The translations under genes and the position numbers were made by a program. Shown in pieces: positions 1 to 12,963 of a stretch of 64,000 nucleotides of DNA. Source of the DNA: Octopus sinensis (lineage: Eukaryota); NCBI RefSeq assembly GCF_006345805.1, contig NC_043005.1, positions 28,954,001-29,018,000 of the forward strand, in the 5' to 3' direction. The notes below the pieces were generated by a model. It did not search any database. It had not been told where the DNA came from and saw nothing but the letters and a program-made list of their open reading frames with translations. The number at the start of each line of letters is the position of its first letter. The first letter of the stretch is position 1.

Positions 1-104
1 ACACAACACACACACACACAAACAACCACACACACACACACACACCACACACACACACACACCACACACACACACCACACACACACACACCACATATATA
101 TATT
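1..104. repeat. (CA)n/(TA)n microsatellite
   Basis: Direct reading. Confidence 0.95.
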
Positions 105-290
105 ATAAATCTGAAATGCGAAAAGTTTGTTTGTTTGTTTGTTTGTCTGGTTTTGGCATTGAGAACAGGTTAAAGGCCATTAGATCCCGTCGGATTGACT
201 CCAAAATTTACAGGGACATGTAAAATGAGGTGAGGATGCCAGTGGGCATCTTAAAACGTGTCGTTGCTAGGGCCAAAAACGCACTTTGAC
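100..290 (+). mobile_element. Possible 5' part of a non-autonomous Helitron-like element (TATATTATAAA...(GTTT)n)
   Basis: Layout resembles non-autonomous Helitron 5' ends; no diagnostic 3' end linked. Confidence 0.3.
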
Positions 291-976
291 AAGTCTACTC
301 TCATTCTTTTATGTATCTGTCTTCCTCTGTCACTCACTCTCTTTCCTCCCTTCCCATCACTTTCTATATATAACGTTGTTTCACGATGTCTAACTCCCTT
401 ACCTTCACTTTCTCTTTATAACGTCGTGTCACGGCGTTCTATATCTCCTCCTCCCCGCCTTCAACAGTGCTTTCACACTCTCTCTCTCTCTCTACGTCTG
501 TCTGCATTCATAGAGAGAATTATCATTGCCACCACCACCACCACCACACAATCATGAGAACAAATATTATGAATCAGATATTTATTGGGTTAATTTATAT
601 ATGTGTGTATGTGTGTTTTCTATATATAAATATGTATATATAATGTATATATACAAAGTGTATATATCTGTATTTATGTATATTAAACTTTTTAATACTT
701 TTTGATAGTTATATATATTTTTTAAAAAATTGTAAATATAAATTAATAATTTTAATTTTAAATTTAAATAATTTAAATTTTTCAATTTTATATTTTATAT
801 ATTTTGTATATTATATTTTTATTTTTATGTTTGGTTTATGTTTTTCACTGCTTGATTTGCCTATTAGTGGTTTTATCTCTAATTTAATTTATACATATAT
901 ATATATATATATATATATTTTGTATACATTTGTATTTATAATGCGTGCACACACACACACACACATATATACATAT

Positions 977-1018
<42 letters not shown>

Positions 1019-1249
1019 GTGCATTATGTGGTTGGTTGAGCTGAAAATATGCACACCTATGTTAAAAGTGCTGGCAAGTTTGCATGACAACTATTTTTTT
1101 CCTGAAATGAAAGGCGTGACCTCTAGGACAAAATTCCTCATCTTATCAAATGTGGCCTCAGTAGACCCAAATGAAATCGGGTTATATTAACCAAAATGTG
1201 AAAAGGGGTCTAAATGGGGCTGGAAGGGGACTAAAATTTAAAGGAGCGA

Positions 1250-1530
1250 GTGTTTAGGAATTCTCTGTTACATCAAGCTAAAAAATTTGCGCCAGCCTTT
1301 TAATCATCAATGTGTTGCCGTCCATGATGAAGAAGTTTTGAATGCTTGCCATGGTGACTCTACTGCCGTGAGAAAGAATCACTTCAAAACTTGGTGTTTA
1401 GGAATTTTCTTTTACATCAAGTTCAAAATTTTATGCCAGCTGTTAAACTATCAATACGTTGCTGTCCGTTGTTAAGAAATGCCAGCCATGGTGACTCTAC
1501 TATCCTCAGATTCTATCCCTTCAAACTTTG
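1250..1530 (+). repeat. Diverged ~140-bp tandem duplication (GTGTTTAGGAATT...GCCATGGTGACTCTACT...TTCAAA)
   Basis: Two units starting near 1250 and 1395 share these anchors. Confidence 0.75.
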
Positions 1531-1823
1531 GTTTCCAATATTTTATTATTTTTATTCAGCCCGCAAGTTCGTCTGTCCCTTTTAAATGTTAGTGTTTTGC
1601 TGTCTGCCTTGAAGCAGACCTTTCCGTTGTCACTGCCTGATATTTATGATTGATCTTTCAAAATATTTTATTTCTCAACTTATTCAAGATCTTTTGTTGT
1701 TTATAAATGGGAGAGAGATAGATAAAGATAGAGAGTAAGAGAAAGCAAGGGAGAGTCCGAGAGAAAAGAAAAGTAAGAGAGTGGGAAAGTGAGAGAGAAA
1801 GGAGAGAGAAACAAAGAGGGAGA

Positions 1824-2134
1824 ATCATCATCATCATCATCGTTTAACGTCTGTTTTCCGTGCTAGCATGGGTTGGACAGTTTGACCGAGGTCTGGGAAG
1901 CCAGGAGGCTGCACCAGGCTCCAGTCTAATCTGGCAGTGTTTCTACAGGTGAATGCCCTTCTTAACGCCAACCACTCTGTGAGTGTAGTGGGTGCTTTTT
2001 TCGTGCCGCCGGCACAGGTGCCAGGGGAGCTGGCAGCGGCCACGATCGGTTGGTGCTTTTTACGTGCCACTGGCACAGAAGCCAGTCAAGGTGCCGCTGC
2101 AATCGGCCACGTTCGGATGATGCTTTTTACGTGC
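1824..2134 (-). mobile_element. RTE-type LINE 3' tail or derived SINE with (GAT)n tail (reads CATCAT...GTTTAACGTC on +)
   Basis: Same sequence recurs many times in the window and is joined to RTE RT fragments at 19-20 kb and 36-37 kb. Confidence 0.85.
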
Positions 2135-2315
2135 TGAAAGGAAGCAACAGAAAGTAACAACCACACTCTTACCCGCACGTAGAGTGGGTCACCTTAAGCT
2201 AGTATATATATATAATCATGTCAAAGGGAAATGGAATTTAATTAAAATTAAAACATTCAATCAAAATTTACATTTCCAGTGGTCTAACATGCAAAAAAAA
2301 TTAGTCAAGAAGACT

Positions 2316-2578
2316 ATATATTAGTCATATGATATAGTGTATATTTAAACACATAAGGAATCCACTTATAAGGAATTCAACACACTAGAGAGAACAGCTA
2401 GGTTCTGTAAACCACAAAAATAACGGTAAATGTTATTCATTTCCAAATTTATTCCTGTCGAATTTTATCTGTTATTTTTGTGGTTTACAGAACCTAGCTG
2501 TTCTCTCTAGCGTGTTGAATTCCCTATAAGTGAATTCCTTATGTGTTTAAATATACACTATATCGTATGACTTATATA
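2316..2578. mobile_element. Fold-back MITE with ~110-bp arms in a TA context
   Basis: Arms ~2316-2430 and ~2463-2578 are reverse complements with about 6-7 differences; loop ~32 nt. Confidence 0.85.
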
Positions 2579-2723
2579 TATATCTGTATATATTTATAAA
2601 CATAAGAGTTAAGGAATGGAATAGATTAGATCCAGGCTACATGTTTCATAGCGAGTGGAACCGCAGAGGTGGTAAATATCCAAGTCAAGGATATCTTCTT
2701 CCTACATCTTGATCCTTAGATCT

Positions 2724-3078
2724 TATCATCATCATCATTGCTTAACATCTGTTTTCCATGCTGGCATGGGTTGGACAATTTGACTGAGGTCTGGAAAGCT
2801 AGTGGCTGCACCAGTCTCCAATCTGATCTGGCAATGTTTCTATAGCTGGATGCCATTCCTAATGCCAACCACTCTGAGAGTGTAGTGAGTGCTTTTTACA
2901 TGCCACTAGCACAGGAGCCAGTCAGATGGGCCTGGCATCAATCACGTTTGGATAGTGCTTTTTACATGCCACCAGAAGGGGAGCCAGTCAGGCATACCTG
3001 GCATCAACCACATTCAGATAGTGATTTTTACGTGCCACCGGCATGGGAGCCAGTTAGGGGGCACTGGCATTGGTCATG
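2724..3078 (-). mobile_element. RTE 3'-tail element with three internal ~66-bp repeat units
   Basis: Family motifs CCATGCTGGCATGGGTTGG and GCTGGATGCC; repeated GTGCTTTTTAC units. Confidence 0.85.
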
Positions 3079-3131
3079 TTCATATACATATATATACACA
3101 CACATATATGTATATACATACATACATACAT

Positions 3132-3162
<31 letters not shown>

Positions 3163-3704
3163 GCATGTACACAACACATCCTTCCACTCTCTTGCAAACT
3201 TGTTTTCTTACCCCCTCACCCTGTCCAATCCTCTGTACCATTTTTTTTATATTCACTTTCCTGTAACTCAAAGGTTATGCCATGACACATCTTCACCACC
3301 ACCTCCTCTCATTTTTCCAACAGGAGTAGCCATGTTTCTCCCTCACAACAAGACACCTGTACCTGTCTCTCTATCATATTTTAATCTCTCATCACCAAGC
3401 ATAAAACCACATCCCTTGATACCACCCCTCTGCTAAAGGGTGTTGTCTTGCAAGTTACTGTGCCATGGCTATGTAAAACATTCCTAGTCCACTCTGTGAA
3501 GTGGTTGGCATCAGAAAAAGTATCCAGCCAGAGAAACCACGCCAAAGCAGACATTGGAGCTTGGTATAGTCTTCTGGCTTATAAACTCCTGTCAAACTGT
3601 CCAACTCATGCCAGCATGGAAGACAGATATTAAATGATGATGATGTTATACATATGTGTATGTATGCATGTGTGTGTGTGTATATATATATGTGTGTGTG
3701 TGCT

Positions 3705-3761
<57 letters not shown>

Positions 3762-4659
3762 ATCTGTGTATATGTATATATATTTATTTATGCATGTGTT
3801 TATGAATGTGTGTGTGTATGTGAGTTTATGCCCCCATGTCTTGACATCCTGTGATATTTGGAAACAAGTGAAGGTTGGCGATAAGAAGGACATCTGGCTG
3901 CAGGAAGTCAGCCTCACCAAATGCTATCTGACCATTCAAGCAAGAAAAAGAGTACATTAAAATGACGACGATGATGATGATGGTGGTGGTGATGATGACT
4001 AAGATATTGTTTTTTTTCAATCAGGATGCATCAGATGGTGCAGTGCAGCAGTGCACTTGTAACACGTTGCATCACATCATGCTGTGTGTTAATCTGGATC
4101 TTATAACACAAATAAAACCATGCTATGCAAAGTTTGTCACAGATGATACACATCCTCAGGCTCACAGGCAACTGCAGTTGGTGCTGTTGTTGAAATGGTT
4201 TGCACGAGACATATTCATGGCATATTGCCAATCTTCAACAAAACTTCAAGAATCTTGGCAAGCATTTTTGCTACATCATGTTCTGCAGAGTACTTATTCA
4301 GTTGCTGCATACAAATGAAGACATATCTGTGCAGTACAATGGTTCAAATGTGACTAAACAGTAAAGGAATATTAAATTTTTGTGCAGCAGAAAAAGGTGT
4401 TGGCAAAAATCACTAACTTGATATATATATAAGCTTGATATATATATATATATGCTGCAAAGAAGGGCAAAAAATACAATTTCTTTCTCATTGGGTGTAT
4501 TGAGTAATTTGTGAAAACTTTGTATCATTAATTGATAAAAATACATTTTATTAGAAATTGGTAACTGTAATTCTGAGTAAAATTTTGAGCAAATCAACTC
4601 CTCTACCCTATTTAAATAAAACATTCCAAATTTCTATCTCTCCTATACTTCTATCTTTA

Positions 4660-5860
4660 TTATTATTATTATTATTGTTATTATTATCATCATTATTATT
4701 ATTGAGTGAGAGAGCAGTGCATTCCATCAAAGTGACACTGGGGTAAAATATAGGAAACCCAGTATACCCATCATAACTACCCCTCTGACAAGGGTACTCT
4801 AGGCACATGCATCACAACCATATGTGCACGGCATGGTGATCTCATATCAAGATAAACAGCACATTACCTTGCTGGTGGAGCCAGTTAGAATTTTCTCCTG
4901 GTCAAGTAACCTATCCTGCTCAAAAGGTCCCTGAATAAGGGTTGTTTAAGGATGTTGAATGAAACACCCATGTTTCCAGAGGTGAATTATTCAACCCCAA
5001 AGAATCCCTCTCAACACATGGCTATGATACTCCCCCACTACTTCTGCTCATGATCAGAGATGCACATATTGTCAACCACTAGGGGACATGCTCAACTGGT
5101 TATGGTCAACAACTGACAAGCAAATCTGTGGTATTGAGCAGAATATTTGATGTAGCCCATCTTTTATACCAAGACAAAACAATGTACATGATAACACTTC
5201 CAATCAGTTACCCATGAGAGCCACTGCCTGGTACTGCATCAGGGCATTTATTATTATTATTGTTATTATTATCATCATTATTATTATTGAGTGAGAGAGC
5301 AGTGCATTCCATCAAAGTGACACTGGGGTAAAATATAGGAAACCCAGTATACCCATCATAACTACTCCTCTGACAAGGGTACTCTAGGCACATGCATCAC
5401 AACCATATGTGCACGGCATGGTGATCTCATATCAAGATAAACAGCACATTACCTTGCTGGTGGAGCCAGTTAGAATTTTCTCCTGGTCAAGTAACCTATC
5501 CTGCTCAAAAGGTCCCTGAATAAGGGTTGTTTAAGGATGTTGAATGAAACACCCATGTTTCCAGAGGTGAATTATTCAAACCCCAAAGAATCCCTCTCAA
5601 CACATGGCTATGATACTCCCCCACTACTTCTGCTCATGATCAGAGATGCACATATTGTCAACCACTAGGGGACATGCTCAACTGGTTATGGTCAAACAAC
5701 TGACAAGCAAATCTGTGGTATTGAGCAGAATATTTGATGTAGCCCATCTTTTATACCAAGACAAAACAATGTACATGATAACACTTCCAATCAGTTACCC
5801 ATGAGAGCCACTGCCTGGTACTGCATCAGGGCATTTATTATTATTATTATTATTATTCTG
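4660..5860 (-). mobile_element. Head-to-tail dimer of a ~550-bp interspersed element embedded in (TAA)n
   Basis: 4704-5250 versus 5289-5837: 1 substitution and 2 single-base indels; (TTA)n at both flanks and at the junction. Confidence 0.9.
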
Positions 5861-6863
5861 CTGCTCTTTACCTCTTCTCTATTACTAGTCAGCACTTCCT
5901 CTTCCTGATCTTCCTTCCAACCCATATGTATTTTTGATCATACCTGCACCGTTACCTATTATTCACTGTATTCATCCATCAACTCTACTCAATCTCTTGT
6001 TATTACCTACTCCTCCCTACCTTCCCTCCAATTCTTATCTATCATCAACAATCTCCAACTCTGCTGTCCTGTACCACTTCTGCCAGTCTGCACCTATGCT
6101 CTCTGACCTTCCTTCCAACTCATATGTATCATTGATCACCCTTCCATTATTCACTACAGCCATCTTTCAACACTCTCCAATCTCTACAGTCATCACCTAC
6201 TCTCCCCAAAGTTTTATTCCAACTCATATTTAGAATTGACCACCCCTCTCCTCTTCTTCATCATTCATTATATTTACCTATTCTCACTCCTACTTCCTCA
6301 CTAAACATACTTCACTCTCCCCAAACACTCTCATGACTTCTATCCAGCACCCTATCTGTTCTTCTAAACCCGTCACCCTGTCACTACCATCTTTATCTCT
6401 CTTCACAACTCCACTGTAAATATACCCACATATGCTCATATACTGCAGGGTAGTCACGTATCTCCTCTAAACCTGTTCTGACCTCTTCTTTCATACTTGA
6501 CCTCTCATCATCTACCATGATATTTTGTCTGTCAACAAAAGATCTCATTTATCAGCAGCTTCATCAATCTGGGCATATAAAAACCATTGGAATAAAGAAT
6601 ACTTTATTTGAAGAACAATTAAAGGTTGGTATCAGGAAATGCATCCAGCTGTAGAATCTCAAAATACTTAACTAACCTATGCCAGTACAAAAATAACAAA
6701 TGTGAAAATTAAATGTAGTCTCATCTGATATAGAGACAGATTACTAACATTCTTAAGTGGAACATTTGAAAAGTGTGCGTGTGTATGTGTGTGTGTGTGT
6801 GTGTGCATGTGCACATGTGGGTGTTTGTGCATGTGTGTGTTTATGTCTTAAGTCAGAAATGCG

Positions 6864-7560
6864 GTGAATTGTCTATCAGATCTGGTGAACCTTCTTTTAG
6901 ACAATGCACTGAGCCATCTAGTGAACTTAGATGACCTTTCTGATAATGTGAGAGTAGACTATGTTTCCAAGACTACAACTTCTTTGCTCCAACCAATGGA
7001 TCAAGATGTGATAGCTAACTTCAAGGCATATTTTATGAGAACTTTCCAATTAATTATGAAAGAAACTGACAAGTAAGAAAAACCTACAGTCAGAGATTTC
7101 TGGAAGAAATTCAACATAATGGATGCTGTGGATAATATAGCTGAGTCATGGAATGGAGTGAAACCTCCCACTTTGAATAAGGTTTGGAAAAGTATATGGC
7201 CAGACTATATTCATGACATCACAAGTTTTCGTCAAGCAGAAAGTCTACACCAGATTTGGAAAGATATTGTGACACTTGAAAAGGATGTAGAATTTGAGGA
7301 AGTTGTAGAGGATGATGTGATTGAGTTGCTAGTGTCCCAAAGAGAAAGTTTATTGAATGAGGAGTTGATGCTGTGATAAAAAAACAAACTGAGAATACAG
7401 ATGAGACAATGGAAGCCCCACCTACACCACTTAAATTGACTGCAAAAATTATTGTTAGAGGGTTGGCACTTATAGAGGAAGGTCAGCAGGTTTTTGTTGA
7501 TAATTATCCTAATTGTGAACTAAACATAAAAATTACAAGAGGAGTTTACAAGTGTAAATA
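6864..7560 (+). pseudogene. Decayed Tigger/pogo (CENP-B-like DDE_1) transposase fragment
   Basis: LLLDNALSH...TTSLLQPMDQDVIANFKAY*...DFWKKFNIMDAVDNIAESW..VK..TLNKVWK motifs with in-frame stops. Confidence 0.88.
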
Positions 7561-7629
7561 TGCATGCATTTTATGTGGCACTGACACCTGTAAAGGAGAT
7601 GTTTGTGAATATGGATGACTGCTTGACAT

Positions 7630-8425
7630 GTATTCTCATGTGCAGCAAATCACAACTCTTAGCCCCTTGTCAGTTCCTCAGTGAGGCCCAACGTTGGAAG
7701 ATCCTTTCTCATGACTTCGTCCCACATCTTCCTGGGTCTACCCCTTCGAAAGGTTCCCTCCACAATTATAGATTGGCACTGTCTTAATCCATACACATCA
7801 CATGGATTAAGCTGTCTTAATCCATATACATCACATGAACAAACCAGAAGAGTTTTCTTTCTTGTACACATCTGCTGTCTCTTATACCCAGTTTTTTTGG
7901 CACACTGCCATTACCCATCCAGCAGAGCATGCTAGCTTCATTTCTTTCAAACCTCTTCAAGTCCTCTGTAGTCATAGCCCATGTTTCACTACAGTGTAGC
8001 ATAGCTGTATGTACACAGGCATCATAAAATCTGCCTTTCACTTTAAGGGAGAGGCCCTTAGTTATCAACAAAGGTAGAAGCTCTCTGAACTTTGCCCAGC
8101 CCATTCTTATTCTAGCAAGTATGCTTTCAGAACTTCCTCCTCCACTGCTAACTTGGTCTCCTAGGTAACAAGCTATCTACTACTTCTAAGGATCTCCCCA
8201 AGCATTTGAGGAAGTCTATTGTTTGTGCATTTTCAGTGATTATTGTACCCAGACATTTGTGATACACAAAGACTATTTTCCCTGCTAACCTTCCTGTGAT
8301 CCTACTACACCTCTTATGTGTCCAAAGTTTGCACTGGATATAATATATGGAGTTTCTACCAGTACCCTTCTTACATACTGAGCTGGGCCATCTCTCTGAA
8401 GCAACTTGTGATTTCCCTGTGTGCA
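7630..8425 (-). mobile_element. Decayed RTE LINE ORF 3' part
   Basis: GWAKFRELLPLL, KGRFYDACVHTAMLHCSETW and RRGRPRKMWDEV motifs. Confidence 0.9.
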
Positions 8426-8429
8426 TGTA

Positions 8430-9735
8430 TATATTACTGGACAAGGTCATGAAAGTCACTGAAAGAGTCATAGCCCCGATAATTAGAAGGAGAGTTAACC
8501 TAGATATGATGCAGTTTGGTTTCATGCCATGGAGAAGCACTTCTGATACTCTCTTTATAGTTTGGCAATTACAGAAGTATTTAGCAAAAAGTAAACCACT
8601 GTACTTGGCATTTGTTGACCTGGAGAAAGCTTTTGACAGAGTGCCTCAATCCATCATCTGGTTATCATTGTGAAAGCTAGGAATAAATGAATGGCCATGT
8701 ACAGGAATGCTATTAGCAGAGTGAGAATTAAGAAAGAGTACAGCAGTGAATTTAGTGTGCAGGTAGGAGTTCATCAGAGTTAGGTTATCAGGCCCCTATT
8801 ATTTATTATAATCCTCCAGGCCATAATGGAGGAATCTAAGACCAGTTGCCCATGAGAACTCTATGCTGATGACCTTGTTATTATAGGTGAAAGTGTAGAA
8901 GGATTAGAATTAAAATTCCAAGTATAGAAACAAAATCTGGAATCAAAGGGCCTTAAGGTTAACATAGCAAAGATTAAAGTTCTAATTAGCAGGAAAACAA
9001 ACAGAACACTAAGCCTTTGGGTAAATGGCCCCGTTTCATACGTAGACAAGGTTTAGGTAAACTTTGGACACAAGAGATGCAGTGGAATCAAAGGAAGGTT
9101 AGTTAACAGAGAAAGTAGAATTTGTCAGTGGAAGATGAGCAGGAGCACATGAGAAATAGATGTTCTGCATTACCCAGGAGGTTTCCAAGAAATAGGAGAT
9201 AGTTTCTGCTTTTAGGTGACCTAATTAGCAGTGGAGAAGGATGTTCTGAAAGTATAGTTGCTAGAATATAAATTGGCTGGAGAAGTTCAGAGAATTTTGA
9301 CCTCTGTTGTTAACAAAAGGCCTCTCAGAATGAAAAGTAGATTGTATGATGCCTGTGTACAAACAGCAATGATATATGACTGTGAAACTTGGGTTGTGAC
9401 TGCAGAGTACATGTGAAGGCTTAAGAAATGAAACAAGTATGCTCTGCTGGATGTGCAATGTCAGTGTACGTGTATGACAAAGTACAAATGTGTTGAGAGG
9501 AAAATTGGGTATAAGAGGCATCAGAGACCTGCTGGAGAGAAGATTGCACTGGTATGGTCATGTGATGCAGATGGATAAGGACAGCTGTATAAAAAAGTTG
9601 TAATTGCTAAATGTGGAAGGAAATGTGGAAAAGGTAGACCTAGGAAGATATGGGATGAAGTGGTGAAGCTTCACTGTAGAGATGATGGAGACCAAGATGA
9701 ATGGCATTGGACTGTGCATGAGAAGATCCATCCAT
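8430..9735 (+). mobile_element. Decayed RTE LINE reverse transcriptase
   Basis: QFGFMPWRST, LYLAFVDLEKAFDRVP and LYADDLVII (8859-8885); frameshifts and stops. Confidence 0.92.
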
Positions 9736-11324
9736 CTCAGCAGAATTGAGGTTGTCATGCCTTCCCCACTGACTTCTATTTTTTTTGCTTCCTGCTACAC
9801 TGAACTGACATCCTCTCTGTCCAACTCATTCCCTATCTCTAATCATCTTCCACACTATTTTTTCACTCAGTTCACTTCCTACTCTGTCTCATATTCCTCT
9901 ATTTTCTCTTACTTTCCAGGTGAGCAAGACACCTACTCCTCTCCCTCCGCCACAGTCTCTTTCTCCAGTCTATACAACACTCAGTTGAAGGATCTTATCC
10001 TACAGGTACTTGGTGACCTCACCAGTGCTGGTGTCATGTAAAATGGACCCAGTAAACTCTATTAAGTGGTTGGCATTCGGGAGGGAATCAAGCAGTAGAA
10101 GCCATTCCAAAGCAGACATAGAACCTAGTGGAGACCTCTGGCTTGTCTGTTCTTGTCAAACTATTCAGTCCATGCTTGAATGGAAACAGACACACACACA
10201 CAATTATCATTATCATTAACATCCAATTTTCCATGCTTGCATGGGTCAGATGGAATTTGATGAGGCAGATTTTCTATGTCCAGATGCCATTCCTGTCACC
10301 AACCTTCACCTGTTTCCAATCATGGACATGTTTTTCACAGAAAACTTGAAATGAACAACCTTGCTTGTATGATTATGAAGCTTGTTTACAGCCAACCTTG
10401 TCTTGACAAGGTTACACACACACAGAGGGCTTGAGAGAGGTATTTAGTCTTGCTAATGGCTAGGCAAACTCTGTAGTGGTGTTGTGAAGAAATACACCCA
10501 ATGCACTCTATGAAGTGGTGGGTGTTATGAAGGGCATCCAGTTGTAGAATTCATCTGAAAAATGAAATATTGGACAAAGATTAGTCTTCCAGTTTGTTGA
10601 ATCCTGTCAAACTATCCATCCATGCCAGAACAAAAAATGGATTTAAAATGATGATGACGATGACAATGATGATGGTGGTAGTGCTTCATGTTTGTATTCC
10701 AGTTATAGTACCTGTACACTTTGTCCCTGCATGCTGTATGTCATAAAAAGTGAGTAAGGGCTTAGTGACAGGCAAAGCATCTGCCTGAAAAAAACACCTG
10801 TTCAATTCATGCTAGCATAAATAAATGGACATAAAATTTATCTTCCACTACCTCCATCACTCTCTGTTCTATGTATGTTTTTAGTCATGTTTACTTGAGG
10901 GGTACAAACACATCATAAGTCAACCTCACTTGTGTTGATGCCATAAAATGCACCCAAAATACTGTAAAGTCGTTAGTGAAGGAATGGAGACAATGCAGGG
11001 TTAGGCAGACTATTCAATTCTTCGGGTTATAACAGATTACTGGAAATATGCAGACTTTATCTTAAAAGCAAAGAAAAGGATATCAAAGAATTCCATCCAC
11101 CTAAGGGCCTACCTGAAACTTAAAAGTGCAATGTTGTTTCTTTGTCTTCATGACCTGAAATATATTTTAGTCAATTGGTTGGTTCCATAGTAGCAGTAAG
11201 GATTGGGTTTTACTTCATTAAAAGACCCCTCACTATGAAAAGGAAGTTATAGCCCAAGATACAATCTTACATTCAGCACAGTCTGATGATTGTAAATTTA
11301 TTTTTCCAGGCTTTTTTTTTCCTT

Positions 11325-11770
11325 TAGATTCAGCTGAGAGCTGTGGCCATGCTGGAGCACTGCCGTTTTGCTACACTGATATTACTGAGAGCCTCCTCTA
11401 ATATGTGCCACTTGGTGAAGAATGGAGTTTGATGTAGCTACCCTTATTTGCACTTCTTGCTGTGAGGTAGATTCATATGGGACTCTCGATAGGAAGAGGT
11501 CCAGCCTTGATTTAGAAACGCCCACATCTACTTTATGCAGGTTCCTCAGGCTCTTTGGGAGAATATTAAAAAGCTGTGGCTTTGCTGGGATCTTTGGCTC
11601 TGTGCAGTGTCGACCCGTTCTGGCATTGGTGTAGCTTTCAATGCCATAATTTGGCACAATTCCTTCCAGGATCTTCCAGATGTATATTACTGCATACCTC
11701 TCCTGCCTTTGCTCCAGGAAGTAGAGGCTTGAAAGAATCTTTAGCATGTAACCATTCAGTAATGTGAATT
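11325..11770 (-). mobile_element. CR1/L2-group LINE 3' end
   Basis: LEQRQERYAVIYIWKILEGIVPN...LFNILPKSLRNL...SRLDLFLSRVP...SNSILHQ, then a short 3'UTR and A-rich tail. Confidence 0.8.
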
Positions 11771-12928
11771 GGCTGTTATAAGACTAAATTTTTAATACTG
11801 TATGAATAACACACACATTGCATATCTATGATGTGGTCTGACCTGGGGCTAAACAACAGAAACATTTTATTGTTTGAGAATGATTACATCCAGACGAAAA
11901 GACTTCTTCATTCACCTATATAAATTGTTTTTTTCTAAAGCGTATCATATTTATACGGAAATTTACATTTGTTATTGTGAGCCTTAAAGAGAATTAGTAT
12001 CAGAAGTGAGCAATGACTTACTATCTTTGGAACAGAAATTAATTCCAAGATTTAAATACCAAATTTTAAATCAGCACTTTTTTACAGCTGATTATTTGAT
12101 CATACCTTGGACACTGATCAAATGGACAGGCATGCCGTAGAAGTAGTCTTGTTTGATAAAGCAGTCATGTCACTTGGTGTAGATCTGACCACGGCTGCTG
12201 CAGGAATAACCTAGGCTCAGTGAACAGTATAAAGTTACTGGATAGTGCAGATATTTGATTTTTACTTAGCTCATGGATTCAAAAGATACATTTATTCCAT
12301 TTGCCATAATTTCTCTACAAAATTACCGGCTGGGGTTTGTAGAGAAGAGGAAACTCAAGTGCAAAACAAATGCCAAAGAAAGTGGTAGAATTTGTTTTCA
12401 AAGACAATATTAACTTGATGGAGAAGGACGTCTGCCGTTTTATTCAATTGACGATAAGTTTGTTGGGAGTTTGAATTTAAAATACATAAGTTTTCGAATG
12501 ACCAATTTTAGGTGATTTTCATATGAATTTTAGATAATAATAATCACTGAAATAGGATTTACTTTAAATATTCGAAATTGTTATTGTAAACCAATAAAAT
12601 AATTGCTAATTGCCGTCTAAATAACGGGAGGGAAATTCACGGTACACAGAAATCAAGATTTCGATTCCCAGTTGAAACCCGTCCCACTGTAACTTTTTTT
12701 TTGAAAAGCATAAATGCCGCTATTATTTTCTCATCTTATAAATAAGGTCCTGTGAATATCGGAGGAAAATTTTAATAACTATTTAAAATAACATTTAATA
12801 TAAAACTTCCATTTAATACACAGACACACACACTGGCTGCGGGTTGATATGTGATATTAAATTGAGATATTCGGATATTTCCGTTAAAAGACGCCACAAT
12901 TGCCTCGTTCTCGTGCAACGCCGGCTAC

Positions 12929-12934
12929 CACGTG
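12929..12934 (+). promoter_or_regulatory. Canonical E-box CACGTG 30 nt upstream of the eIF4E ATG
   Basis: CCACGTGAC seen directly; function is inferred. Confidence 0.45.
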
Positions 12935-12963
12935 ACAGTGAAGAGATTATCTTTACAACTATC

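Noticed and set aside
582-3960. Many 60-180 aa ORFs rich in YI/HT/CV runs (also near 13.3, 21.2, 59.8 and 63.2 kb)
   Set aside because: They are translations of (TA)n/(CA)n microsatellites or repeat tails.
12311-12346. 11-bp perfect hairpin upstream of eIF4E (smaller ones at 13407-13424 and 40446-40461)
   Set aside because: Stems of this size are expected by chance in 64 kb of AT-rich DNA; no supporting context.
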